Source: an uncultured Actinomycetes bacterium
GTDB taxonomy: Bacteria > Actinomycetota > UBA4738 > HRBIN12
DNA: 54,452 bases
Assembly: GCA_964655465.1 (NCBI GenBank)
Contig: CAZZND010000001.1
Coordinates: forward strand, 1 to 54,452
Direction: 5' to 3'
In this document: piece by piece, positions 40,894 through 49,879 of the stretch
Numbering within the stretch: position 1 is the first letter of the stretch
How the letters are laid out: the number at the start of each line of letters is the position of its first letter
Notes under the pieces: generated by a model
Told to the model about the DNA's origin: nothing
What the model saw: only the letters and a program-made list of their open reading frames with translations
The model's database searches: none
Made by a program: the position numbers and the translations under genes

Positions 40894-42807
40894 TCAGCTC
40901 ACGAGCACGGTCGCCGCGACGAACACCAGATACACCGCGACACCACCCGCGGTAAGGACGAGGCGAAGCTGTCGCGGGATGGGGGACCGGCCCCAGACGA
41001 AGTAGAGCAGCGGGCCCAGGAACGGCACCACCAGAACGACGAGCATCCACCGGGCGCGGAACGGGATGGGCAGGGACTCCTGCCGGATGAGGTCCCACAC
41101 CGCGACCGCCACCCAGGTCACGTACAGAACGAGCGGCAGGATGTAGCCGTAGAGCCCGAGGGCGAGGCTCCACCACGACGTCGCGATCGGTACACCAAGC
41201 ACGGTCGGCTCCTTCATGGTCTGCGGTCCGTGCGCGGGCTCGATGTCGCCCACGGCGCGGATCCGATAGGTCGGTGGGACGTTCTGCTCGGGGATGGCGG
41301 GGATCGGCGGCGCTGCCGCAGGATCACCCGGCATCTGCTCCTGGGGCGGCGCCGCCGGTTGGTCGCGGTAGTCGGGCAGCCGGACGTCCAGGAGCAGCCG
41401 TCCGCCGACGGTGATCCACGGGGCCATCGAGCCGCCGGTTCCACCGAGTCGGAAGCCCTCGCAGGGGAAGCGCAGCTCGATCGCACCGGGCACGCTCGAG
41501 GTCGCGTCGTTCGCCGCGAAGCAGTCACCCCCGAGCGTCGGTGCCGCGAGCGCCAGATCGGCGAGGCCGCTGCCCCGCACGACGTTGGCCTCGATGTTGT
41601 TGCCGCCCGTCGGCCAGAAGGCGCGGTCGGGCGCCGGCAACAACACCACCCCGTACGAAGGGTGGTTCTCTATCAGGTTGCCGCTGATCAGGTTGCCGCG
41701 GCCGCCGAACACGATGATCCCGTTGCCGAAGGCGGGCGCCCACTCCGAGGACGTCATGGGCGCGTCCGTGTACCCGTTGTCGTGGATGTGGTTCCCAGCG
41801 ATCACCGCGTCGCGCTGTGGCGCGGCCGGCTCGGAGTCCAGCGTGTTCGGCACGACTCCCGCCGCGTTGTCGTGCCACTCGCTGTTCACGATCGCGAGGT
41901 TTCCTCCCGCGTTCGTCCCCGAATAGCCGAGCAGGTTGTGCTCGGCCTCGACATCGGTGATCACCACGTCGCAGGGCTGGCACCCGCCGATGGAGAACCC
42001 CGAGTCGGGGGAACCGCTCGCGTAAGAGTGGTCGAACTGGCCGAAGCGCGAGGCGAACGCGTAGATCCCGTAGTCCCCGTTGTTCTCGGCGGTCACGTAC
42101 GAGGCGCGGAACCCGAGGACCCCGTTCCAGAACACGCCGTTCAGCAGGTGGTTCCGGACCGTCAGGTTCTCGACGACCACCCCGTCGGCCTCGAAGACCT
42201 GGATGCCGTTCGCGCGCTCGAACCGGCCGTCGATGATCGTGCGGTTGCGGTCGACGCCTCGGATCGTGACGTAGGGAACGCCCACCGTCACCGACTCGTG
42301 GTAGACGCCGCGATCGATCAGCACCATGCCCCCTGGCTCGGCCGCGTCGACCGCCTCCTGGATGGTGGGTCGATCCTCGGGGACCCGGATGGTCGCCGCG
42401 AACCCGGCCGGCGGTGGTTCGGCGCCGGGCCCCACGTCACGGGTCGGACCCGGTGCCGCCACGTCGCCGACCACGACGATGCCCGTCATCCCGTTGCCCG
42501 CGGCGCCGTGCAGCGAGCAGTGGTAGGCGTAGACCCCAGGAGCGTCGAACGTGCGGTCGTACTCGAGCTCCGGTTCGAGGATCGGTGAACGCCACGCGCC
42601 GTCGTCGGCCACCACGTCGTGCTGGGCGCGTCCTCGGTTCGTCCACTCGACGGTCTGACCGGGCTGGACCCTGACGATCTGGCTCGCGAAGACGTTGTCC
42701 AGGGCCTCGACGGCGGCCCCGTATCCGGGGTCCTGCGCTCCCGCAGGCGTGGCGACCAGGGCCAACGGCCCGACGAGCAGGAACAGGCTCATCCAACGCC
42801 GGGTCAT
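40894..42807 (-). CDS. Secreted cupredoxin-domain / right-handed parallel beta-helix protein with a C-terminal PLDc_N-like membrane anchor
   Basis: In-frame ATG at 42807 gives the signal peptide MTRRWMSLFLLVGPLALVATPAGAQ. A type-1 copper-like site is present (HDVV...YAYHCSLHGAAGNGMTG). The beta-helix (NosD-like) repeats are long and Gly/Asn-rich. The C-terminus has 3-4 TM helices with WDLIRQ...VPFLGPLLYFVWGR. Confidence 0.75.
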   Translation of the reverse strand: MTRRWMSLFLLVGPLALVATPAGAQDPGYGAAVEALDNVFASQIVRVQPGQTVEWTNRGRAQHDVVADDGAWRSPILEPELEYDRTFDAPGVYAYHCSLHGAAGNGMTGIVVVGDVAAPGPTRDVGPGAEPPPAGFAATIRVPEDRPTIQEAVDAAEPGGMVLIDRGVYHESVTVGVPYVTIRGVDRNRTIIDGRFERANGIQVFEADGVVVENLTVRNHLLNGVFWNGVLGFRASYVTAENNGDYGIYAFASRFGQFDHSYASGSPDSGFSIGGCQPCDVVITDVEAEHNLLGYSGTNAGGNLAIVNSEWHDNAAGVVPNTLDSEPAAPQRDAVIAGNHIHDNGYTDAPMTSSEWAPAFGNGIIVFGGRGNLISGNLIENHPSYGVVLLPAPDRAFWPTGGNNIEANVVRGSGLADLALAAPTLGGDCFAANDATSSVPGAIELRFPCEGFRLGGTGGSMAPWITVGGRLLLDVRLPDYRDQPAAPPQEQMPGDPAAAPPIPAIPEQNVPPTYRIRAVGDIEPAHGPQTMKEPTVLGVPIATSWWSLALGLYGYILPLVLYVTWVAVAVWDLIRQESLPIPFRARWMLVVLVVPFLGPLLYFVWGRSPIPRQLRLVLTAGGVAVYLVFVAATVLVS

Positions 42808-42823
42808 CGGCGCTGGCCCTCGC

Positions 42824-43720
42824 TCACGCCAGGTTCGCCGCATGCCAGTCGGCGACCTCGGCGACCCAACGCCCGGGCGCCTCCATCTGCGGCACGTGCC
42901 CGACACCAGGGAGGATCCTGCCACGCCACGCCGGGTGCCGAACCAGCTCGGCCTCGGCGAAGCGGGCGGGGACGAACCGATCGCGGCGGCCATGCACGAC
43001 CAGCACCGGGCAGCGCACGGCGTCGAGTGCACGGCGGGCGACGTCGCGACGCCGGGCCAGCCGGAGCAAGGAGCGCGATGCCTGCACGAACGCGACGGGC
43101 ACATCGGGGCGTTCCTGCTGGTCGGCGATCAGTTCCTCGTGCAAGCGCACGACCTCGGTCGGGATCGTTCGGGGGTCGGCGGTGACCATGCGCATCGCGA
43201 GACGGACGACCTGGTCCGGCCGGAGCCTGGTGAGGCGCGCCCGCACCACGGCCTCGCCCAGACCGGGGATCTCGGCGGTGCCGAAGCCGGCCATGACGAT
43301 CGGGCTCGGAACGCCGCCGCCTGCCCACGGGAAGGCCGAGCCGGTCAGGATCAGTCCGGCGACCCGGTCGGGCTCGATCGCTGCCTGCAGGACGGCGAGC
43401 ACCCCGCCCATGGAGTTGCCCGAGAGCACCACCGGACCCGGTGCTTCGACTGCCAGGAACCCGTCGAGGGCCCGCCGGAGGTCCGTGATCCCGGCCGGTC
43501 GTCCCGCGAGCGGGGTCCGGCCGAACCCCGGCAGGTCGAGGGCGATGACCGGCCCCAGTCCGGCGAGGCTGGGCGCGACCTGCACCCAGTTCAGGTGGGA
43601 GCCGCCCAGGCCGTGGACCAGGACGAACGAGACGTCGCCCGGGCCCTCCCACCCCCGCCACATCACGGGCCCGTCGGGAGTCTCGGTGGTCCGGGGACCC
43701 GGCAGCTCGATCCCACTCAC
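42824..43720 (-). CDS. Alpha/beta-fold hydrolase
   Basis: 298-aa ORF. It has FVLVHGLGGSHLNW, the nucleophile elbow GNSMGG, and a C-terminal GVGHVPQME block. Confidence 0.85.
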   Translation of the reverse strand: MSGIELPGPRTTETPDGPVMWRGWEGPGDVSFVLVHGLGGSHLNWVQVAPSLAGLGPVIALDLPGFGRTPLAGRPAGITDLRRALDGFLAVEAPGPVVLSGNSMGGVLAVLQAAIEPDRVAGLILTGSAFPWAGGGVPSPIVMAGFGTAEIPGLGEAVVRARLTRLRPDQVVRLAMRMVTADPRTIPTEVVRLHEELIADQQERPDVPVAFVQASRSLLRLARRRDVARRALDAVRCPVLVVHGRRDRFVPARFAEAELVRHPAWRGRILPGVGHVPQMEAPGRWVAEVADWHAANLA

Positions 43721-43820
43721 CGCGCGAGCCTACCGCCCACCTGAGGCGGGGCTCGCGGGTGGGCGGCCCTCCGGCCGGACCCTCGTGAACGTCTTCACAA
43801 GACCTCCACGTGCCTTGAGC

Positions 43821-43850
43821 TTTACAGATGTGCAGGTCACCCCCTACGAT
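43821..43850 (+). promoter_or_regulatory. Candidate sigma-70-type promoter for the sigma-factor gene
   Basis: TTTACA (43821-43826), an 18-nt spacer, then TACGAT (43845-43850). This implies a 5' UTR of ~150 nt. Confidence 0.35.
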
Positions 43851-44002
43851 GGTCGTCGAGCGGCGAAGGCGTTTCGCAGGCACGGGGGGTGCCTCGATGA
43901 ACCCGTCGGCCGCCCGATCCGAACCAGGAACGACCCCGAGTTCCCGAGGACCGCCTCGTCGCGCCCAGCGGCCGGAGGCCTCGAGGAGGAGAGTGATACG
44001 AA

Positions 44003-44938
44003 GTGCCTGAGCCGGCGCGTCCCTTGGGGACCGACGACGCTGATGACCTGCGCCTCTACCTCGAGGCGGCGGCACGCGAGCCGCTGCTGACCAAAGAGGA
44101 AGAGGTGGAGCTGGCGATGACCATCGAGGGTGGGAAAGAGGCCGAGGAGCGCCTGCGCGCCGGCCGCCTCCGCTCGGAGAAGTCGATCGCGAAGGCCCGT
44201 GCCGACGTGCGCAAGGCCGAGGCCGCCCGCCAGCGGTTCATCATGGCCAACCTGCGTCTGGTCGTGTCCGTCGCTCGCAAGTACCAGGGACAGGGGCTGC
44301 CGCTCCTTGACCTGATCCAGGAAGGCAACATCGGCCTGATGCGCGCCGTCGAGCTGTTCGACTGGCGTCGTGGGTTCAAGTTCTCGACCTACGCCACGTG
44401 GTGGATCCGCCAGGGGATCACGCGCGCGATCGCCGATCGTTCGCGCTCGATCCGTCTGCCCGTGCACATCCACGATCGTCTGCGCAAGCTGAACCGCACG
44501 CGGTTCCAGTTCGCCCAGTCGATGGGCCGCGAGCCCTCGCGCGACGAGCTGGCGAAGGCCCTCGACACCACGGTCGAAGAGATCGACGACCTGACCGAGA
44601 TGGGCCGTCGTGAGCCGCTGTCGCTGCAGTCGCCCGTGGGCGAGGACACCGAGCTCGGCGACCTGATCGAGGAGGTCGACTCCGACGCCGGGTTCAACGA
44701 GGTCGAGGATCAGCTGCTGCGCGAGGAGATCGGTGGCGCGGTCGACAAGGTGCTCGACGAGCGCGAGCGTCACGTGGTGGCGCTGCGCTACGGACTCGAG
44801 AACGGCCAGCCGCTCAGCCTGCGTGAGACCGGCAAGGTGCTCGGTCTGTCGGGCGAGCGCGTGCGGCTGATCGAGCGTGAGGCGCTGCGCAAGCTGCGCG
44901 ACTCGAACCTGATCAACGCGATGGCGCTCGGCGGCTGA
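44003..44938 (+). CDS. RNA polymerase sigma-70 family factor, group 1/2 (HrdB/SigB-like, short N-terminus)
   Basis: 311-aa ORF with a GTG start after GGAGGAGAG. It has region 1.2 ([20 protein letters not shown]), region 2 ([12 protein letters not shown]...[19 protein letters not shown]...[17 protein letters not shown]) and region 4 ([29 protein letters not shown]). Confidence 0.9.
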   Translation: MPEPARPLGTDDADDLRLYLEAAAREPLLTKEEEVELAMTIEGGKEAEERLRAGRLRSEKSIAKARADVRKAEAARQRFIMANLRLVVSVARKYQGQGLPLLDLIQEGNIGLMRAVELFDWRRGFKFSTYATWWIRQGITRAIADRSRSIRLPVHIHDRLRKLNRTRFQFAQSMGREPSRDELAKALDTTVEEIDDLTEMGRREPLSLQSPVGEDTELGDLIEEVDSDAGFNEVEDQLLREEIGGAVDKVLDERERHVVALRYGLENGQPLSLRETGKVLGLSGERVRLIEREALRKLRDSNLINAMALGG

Positions 44939-44959
44939 GCCGCCGACCCATCTGACCTT

Positions 44960-44990
44960 CGAAGGGGCGGCCCTGCGGGCCGCCCCTTCG
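44960..44990 (+). terminator. Stem-loop terminator after the sigma-factor gene
   Basis: CGAAGGGGCGGCCC-TGC-GGGCCGCCCCTTCG, a perfect 14-bp stem. Confidence 0.75.
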
Positions 44991-45112
44991 CGCTTCCTGG
45001 CAGCGGCCGACCGGCCGCCCGGATGGCCCTATCACCCGAATTCCTGGATCTCACCCAGAAGGTTCCCCTGAAGCGACGCGGCCGGCTCGCTGGGCCCCGG
45101 TCGAGGGCTACG

Positions 45113-46831
45113 ATGCCATCCATGTCCGATGATCCGGAGATCGTTCGTCGCATACGCGAGGCCGTCATCGGCGACGACGCGGCCGTGCAGGGCCCGTTCG
45201 GCGTCCGGCGGGTCACCTACGCCGACTACACCGCGAGCGGGCGGTCACTCGCCTTCATCGAGGACGTGATCCGCGACCAGGTCCTGCCGCTGTACGGCAA
45301 CACGCACAGCGAGTCCTCGGGGACGGGTCGTCAGACGACGAGGCTCCGCGAGGACTCGAGGCGGGTCATCCGCGATGCCTGCGGCGGCACCGACGAGCAC
45401 GTGGTCCTGTTCGCGGGCTCGGGCTCGACCGGTGCGATCATGAAGCTGATCGACTGCATGAACCTGTGGCTGCCCGCCGACCTCGACCGCCGCTACGGCC
45501 TCGCGTCGCACATCCCTGCCTCGGAGCGTCCCGTCGTGCTCATCGGCCCGTACGAGCATCATTCGAACGAGCTGCCGTGGCGTGAATCGATCGCGGATGT
45601 CGTCACGATCCCCGAGGACGCCGACGGCAGGATCGATCTGCATGCCCTGGAGCAGGCACTGCACGCCCACGAGGACCGGCCGCTCAAGATCGGCAGCTTC
45701 TCGGCCGCTTCGAACGTGACCGGGATCTTGTCGGACATGCAGGCGATCTCTATCCTTCTGCACCGCCACGGCGCCCTGTCGTGCTGGGATGCCGCGGCCG
45801 CCGCGCCCTACGTCGAGCTCCGGATGGCGCCGCACCGGTCGGGCTCTGAGGCGGACCTCGACTACGCCGACGCGATGTTCATCTCGCCGCACAAGCTCAT
45901 CGGCGGGCCCGGCACGCCCGGCGTTCTCGTGGCGCGGCGCGCCCTGTTCACGAACAGCGTGCCGAGCGTCCCGGGCGGAGGGACGGTCGAGTACGTCAAC
46001 GCGCTCGAGCACGTGTACGCGCCCGAGATCGAGCGACGCGAGGAAGGAGGGACCCCCGACATCGTGGGGTCCATCCGCGCAGGGCTCGTGTTCAAGCTCA
46101 AGGAGGAGGTCGGGGCGCCGTTCATCCGCGACCGCGAGGAGGAGCTGACCCACCGGGCGCTGCACCGATGGGAGGAGAACACCGCGATCGAGATCCTCGG
46201 GAGCCACGATCTGCCGCGCCTGTCCATCGTGTCGTTCGTCGTCCGTCATCGCGACCGGTACCTGCACCACAATTTCGTGGTCGCCTTGCTGAACGACCTG
46301 TTCGGCATCCAGGCCCGTGGTGGGTGCTCGTGCGCGGGACCCTACGGGCACCGGCTGCTTGGGATCGACCTCGAGCGCTCGCACGAGTTCGAGCGCGAGA
46401 TCCACCTCGGCTGCGAAGGGATCAAGCCCGGGTGGATCCGGGTCAGCTTCAACTACTTCATCGACGAGACCGTGTTCGGGTTCATCCTGGACGCCGTGGA
46501 CCTGGTCGCCACCGACGGGTGGCGGCTGCTGCCGTGGTACCGGCTCGAACCGTCGAGCGGGACGTGGCGCCACGTCGACGGGGCGGGCGAGGCGCCGCTG
46601 TCCCTCGATGCGATCCGGTTCGACGCAGCGGACCCCGTCGTCCCGGACCATCTGCTGCACGAGCCGGCCGCGCGGTTGCGGGCCTATCTCGACGAGGCGC
46701 GTGCTCTGCTCGCGTCGCTGCCGGCCCCGCCTCCCGGCGGTGATCTCACCGGCGACGTCGGTCCGGACTTCGAGCACCTGCGCTGGTTCTGGCTGCCGTC
46801 GGAGGCGGCCGCCGAGCTGATCCAGGGCTGA
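45113..46831 (+). CDS. Class-V-fold PLP-dependent enzyme (cysteine-desulfurase/NifS-like, long form)
   Basis: The ORF has two candidate ATGs, 45113 (5 nt after GAGGG) and 45122. It has YADYTASGRSL, YGNTHSE, FAGSGSTGA, the PLP-lysine region SPHKLIGGPGTPGVL, and a C-terminal GGCSCAGPYGHRLL block. Confidence 0.75.
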   Translation: MPSMSDDPEIVRRIREAVIGDDAAVQGPFGVRRVTYADYTASGRSLAFIEDVIRDQVLPLYGNTHSESSGTGRQTTRLREDSRRVIRDACGGTDEHVVLFAGSGSTGAIMKLIDCMNLWLPADLDRRYGLASHIPASERPVVLIGPYEHHSNELPWRESIADVVTIPEDADGRIDLHALEQALHAHEDRPLKIGSFSAASNVTGILSDMQAISILLHRHGALSCWDAAAAAPYVELRMAPHRSGSEADLDYADAMFISPHKLIGGPGTPGVLVARRALFTNSVPSVPGGGTVEYVNALEHVYAPEIERREEGGTPDIVGSIRAGLVFKLKEEVGAPFIRDREEELTHRALHRWEENTAIEILGSHDLPRLSIVSFVVRHRDRYLHHNFVVALLNDLFGIQARGGCSCAGPYGHRLLGIDLERSHEFEREIHLGCEGIKPGWIRVSFNYFIDETVFGFILDAVDLVATDGWRLLPWYRLEPSSGTWRHVDGAGEAPLSLDAIRFDAADPVVPDHLLHEPAARLRAYLDEARALLASLPAPPPGGDLTGDVGPDFEHLRWFWLPSEAAAELIQG

Positions 46832-46841
46832 ACCGGCGCGC

Positions 46842-47519
46842 CTACACGGGGTCGCCTGCGGCCCGTCGTGCGAGCGCCACCTGCTCCTCGAGGTGCGCCC
46901 CGAGCTGCGCCACGAACGCGTCGATGTCGTCCTGTACCTCGACGTCACCTGTCGGGAGGATGGGCGGGCCCACCGCGATCGCGAGCTTCGGACGAAGCGG
47001 GAGCCGGAGCTTCGGGCCGCCGCGCGGCCACCGGACCTGCGTGCCCCAGATCCCCACGGGGACCACGGGCGCGCCGGTCGTCAGCGCGATCCGGGCCGCC
47101 CCGGTCCGCAGACGCTGGAGCCCGTCGCGGCCCCCGTGGTCGTCGATGCGCCCCTCTGGGGCGACCGCGGTCATCCCACCGTGGCGGATCTGGGTGATGA
47201 TCGCCTCGAGCGCGCCACCGTCGCCCGCCCCCCGCCGGATGGGGACCTGATCCGCGCTGCGCAAGATCCACCCGACCACCGGGAACCGGAACATCTCGGC
47301 GGCGACCAGGAACCGGCTCTCACGACGAAGCGCGCGTGCGACCTCGATGGCGAGCACCGGTCCGTCGAGCATGCTCACGTGGTTGAAGGCCAAGATCGCA
47401 GGCCCCTTCGCCGGGATGTGTTCGACGCCTCGGATGCGCACCCGGAACAGCAGCCGGACGAAGGGAGCCACCAACGGGAGCGCGACCCGCCAGAAGGTGT
47501 TCAGCTCGCCGGCCCGCAC
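46842..47519 (-). CDS. plsC: Lysophospholipid (1-acyl-sn-glycerol-3-phosphate) acyltransferase
   Basis: 225-aa ORF. It has the HX4D motif FNHVSMLDGP, plus the APEGR block. Confidence 0.8.
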   Translation of the reverse strand: MRAGELNTFWRVALPLVAPFVRLLFRVRIRGVEHIPAKGPAILAFNHVSMLDGPVLAIEVARALRRESRFLVAAEMFRFPVVGWILRSADQVPIRRGAGDGGALEAIITQIRHGGMTAVAPEGRIDDHGGRDGLQRLRTGAARIALTTGAPVVPVGIWGTQVRWPRGGPKLRLPLRPKLAIAVGPPILPTGDVEVQDDIDAFVAQLGAHLEEQVALARRAAGDPV

Positions 47520-47556
47520 GCGGCGATGCTACGCCTCGCGCGCGGCGGCCGCACCC

Positions 47557-48657
47557 TCAGAACCGGACGACGGTGCGGATGACCTCCCCGGCGAGCATCG
47601 AGGCGAACGCCTCGTCGATGGCCTCGTCGGTGAACGCGATCTCCTGCGAGACCATCGACTCGAGGTCGAGCCTCCCGTCGACCGACCAATGCAACCACGT
47701 GCGGAAGTCCTCGGTGAGGGGGTCGCCGCCGTCCGTGATCGCCAGCCTCGCCTTGTTGGGGTAGGCGGCGCCCGGGAGCCCATCGCCCCAGGCGATCGTC
47801 ACGGTGGACCCAGGGCGCGGCACGCCTACCGCGACCGCGACGCCCGCCCTGGCAAGCATGGCGACGGCCTGCTCGACGACCTTGGCGACGCCCGTGGCCT
47901 CGATCGCCACGTCGACCCCGCCGGTGAGGTCGCGGACCGCGTCGACGGCGTCGTGAGCCGTCGCGTCGACGGTGTCGGTGGCGCCGAGACGACGTGCGAT
48001 GTCGAGCTTCGTCGCGATCAGATCGACCGCGACGATCCGTGCGGCGCCTGCGATCCTGGCTGCTTGCACCGCGGCGAGGCCGATCCCTCCGAGCCCGATC
48101 ACCGCGACGGAGTCACCGGGCTGCACCCCGGCGGTGTTCACGACGGCGCCGATCCCGGTCGAGGCCCCGCACCCGAGTAGACAGGCATGCACGGGATCTG
48201 CGCCGTCGGGCATCGCGATCGCCTGTGGCGCCTGCACCACGACGTGGGTAGCGAGGGACCCGACCGACAGCGTGCCGGTGAGGTTGGCGCCGTCGGTCAC
48301 GGCCCGCATGCGCGGCGGCTGCTCCCAGGCGTGTGTGCACTGCCGTGGCCGGCCTCGCGCGCAGGCCCGGCACGTGCCGCAGGGCACCGCCCACACCAGT
48401 AGCACGGAAGTGCCCGGTGCCAGGCCGTCGACGTCGGGACCGACGGCGTCGACCACGCCCGCGCCCTCGTGACCGAGGAGCATGGGGAACGGCACCCCCC
48501 AGTTGCCGTGCTCGATCGCCCACAGGTCGGAGTGACACAGGCCGTTCGCGGTGACGGCGATCCGGACCTCGCCGGGGCCTGGGTCGTCGATCTCGATGGG
48601 CTCGATCCGAGCAGGCCCTCCGGATCGCCGCACGACAACCCCTCGTCCCTCGATCAC
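47557..48657 (-). CDS. Zinc-dependent alcohol dehydrogenase family protein
   Basis: 366-aa ORF. It has GLCHSDLW, LGHEGAGVV, the structural-zinc block CGTCRACARGRPRQC, and the Rossmann motif VIGLGGIGLAAV. Confidence 0.85.
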   Translation of the reverse strand: MIEGRGVVVRRSGGPARIEPIEIDDPGPGEVRIAVTANGLCHSDLWAIEHGNWGVPFPMLLGHEGAGVVDAVGPDVDGLAPGTSVLLVWAVPCGTCRACARGRPRQCTHAWEQPPRMRAVTDGANLTGTLSVGSLATHVVVQAPQAIAMPDGADPVHACLLGCGASTGIGAVVNTAGVQPGDSVAVIGLGGIGLAAVQAARIAGAARIVAVDLIATKLDIARRLGATDTVDATAHDAVDAVRDLTGGVDVAIEATGVAKVVEQAVAMLARAGVAVAVGVPRPGSTVTIAWGDGLPGAAYPNKARLAITDGGDPLTEDFRTWLHWSVDGRLDLESMVSQEIAFTDEAIDEAFASMLAGEVIRTVVRF

Positions 48658-48712
48658 GCTCGCCCTCCGCTCATGGCTCTCGGCGTTCGGCGCATGCTAG
48701 CGTCGGGCGCCG

Positions 48713-49879
48713 ATGGACGTGGACGTTCGGACGTTGAGGGATCGGGTGGCCGCACGCGAGGACGAGTTCCTCGCCGTGCTCGAGCAGATGGTGAACGTCG
48801 ACTGCGGCTCGTACACGCCGGGCGGCGTCAACGCGATCGCCGACCTCTGCGAGCAGCGGTTCCGCGACGGGGGATGGGACGTCGAGCGTCGCCCGCACGA
48901 GCCGGCTGAAGGCGAGGCGCAGCTCGGGGACCTGGTGATCGGTCGGCTGCAAGGCACAGGGACCACGAACGTGTTGCTGATCGGCCACACGGACACGGTG
49001 TTCGACGAGGGAACCGTCGCCGAGCGTCCGTTCCGGATCGAGGGGACCCTCGCCCGCGGACCGGGGGTGTCCGACATGAAGGGCGGGCTCCTGACGGGAT
49101 TCTTCGCGACCCTGGCGCTGCAGGACGCCGGCGTGAAGAGGTTCGGCACCCTCACCTACGTCTGCAACCCCGACGAGGAGATCGGGTCGCCGTTCTCGCG
49201 GCCGGTCATCCGCTCGCTCGCGCCCGAGCACGACGTCGCGTTCGTGCTCGAAGGGGCGCGGGAGAACGGCGATGTCGTGTCGGCGCGGAAAGGGGTGACC
49301 GACTACGAGATGATCGTGAACGGCCGTGCCGCCCACGCCGGTGTCGAGCCCGAGCGCGGGCGCCACGCGGTGTTGCAGGCGGCCCACACGATCGTGGCGC
49401 TGCAGGCGCTGAACGGCCGCTGGCCGGGCGTCACGGTGAACGTTGGCGTCGCTCGCGGCGGCACGCGGCCGAACGTCGTGCCCGCCCGTTGCGTGCTCGA
49501 GGTGGATCTGCGTTCGCCCGCGCTCGACACGCTCGAGGAGGCCGAGCGCGAGATCGAACGGGTCTGCGCGCAGACGCTGGTGGACGACACGCGGATCGAG
49601 GTGCACCGCAGCGCGTGGCATCGCCCGATGGAGAAGAGCGACGGTTCCGCTCGGCTGGTCGAGATCGCGACCGGCCTCGCCGCCGAGCTCGGGTTCGACC
49701 TGAAGGACGCGGCGACGGGCGGCGCCTCGGACGCGAACACGACCAGCGCCGCCGGCACGCCCACCCTCGACGGGCTCGGCCCGATCGGCGGCGACGACCA
49801 CGCGCCGGGGGAGTGGCTCGACCTCGAGAGCGTGGTCCCCCGCACCGCGATGCTCGCGGGCCTGATCGCCTCGTCATGA
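48713..49879 (+). CDS. M20-family metallopeptidase (carboxypeptidase G2-like)
   Basis: 388-aa ORF. It has LLIGHTDTVF, GVSDMKGG, NPDEEIGSP and GGASDAN. Confidence 0.85.
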   Translation: MDVDVRTLRDRVAAREDEFLAVLEQMVNVDCGSYTPGGVNAIADLCEQRFRDGGWDVERRPHEPAEGEAQLGDLVIGRLQGTGTTNVLLIGHTDTVFDEGTVAERPFRIEGTLARGPGVSDMKGGLLTGFFATLALQDAGVKRFGTLTYVCNPDEEIGSPFSRPVIRSLAPEHDVAFVLEGARENGDVVSARKGVTDYEMIVNGRAAHAGVEPERGRHAVLQAAHTIVALQALNGRWPGVTVNVGVARGGTRPNVVPARCVLEVDLRSPALDTLEEAEREIERVCAQTLVDDTRIEVHRSAWHRPMEKSDGSARLVEIATGLAAELGFDLKDAATGGASDANTTSAAGTPTLDGLGPIGGDDHAPGEWLDLESVVPRTAMLAGLIASS

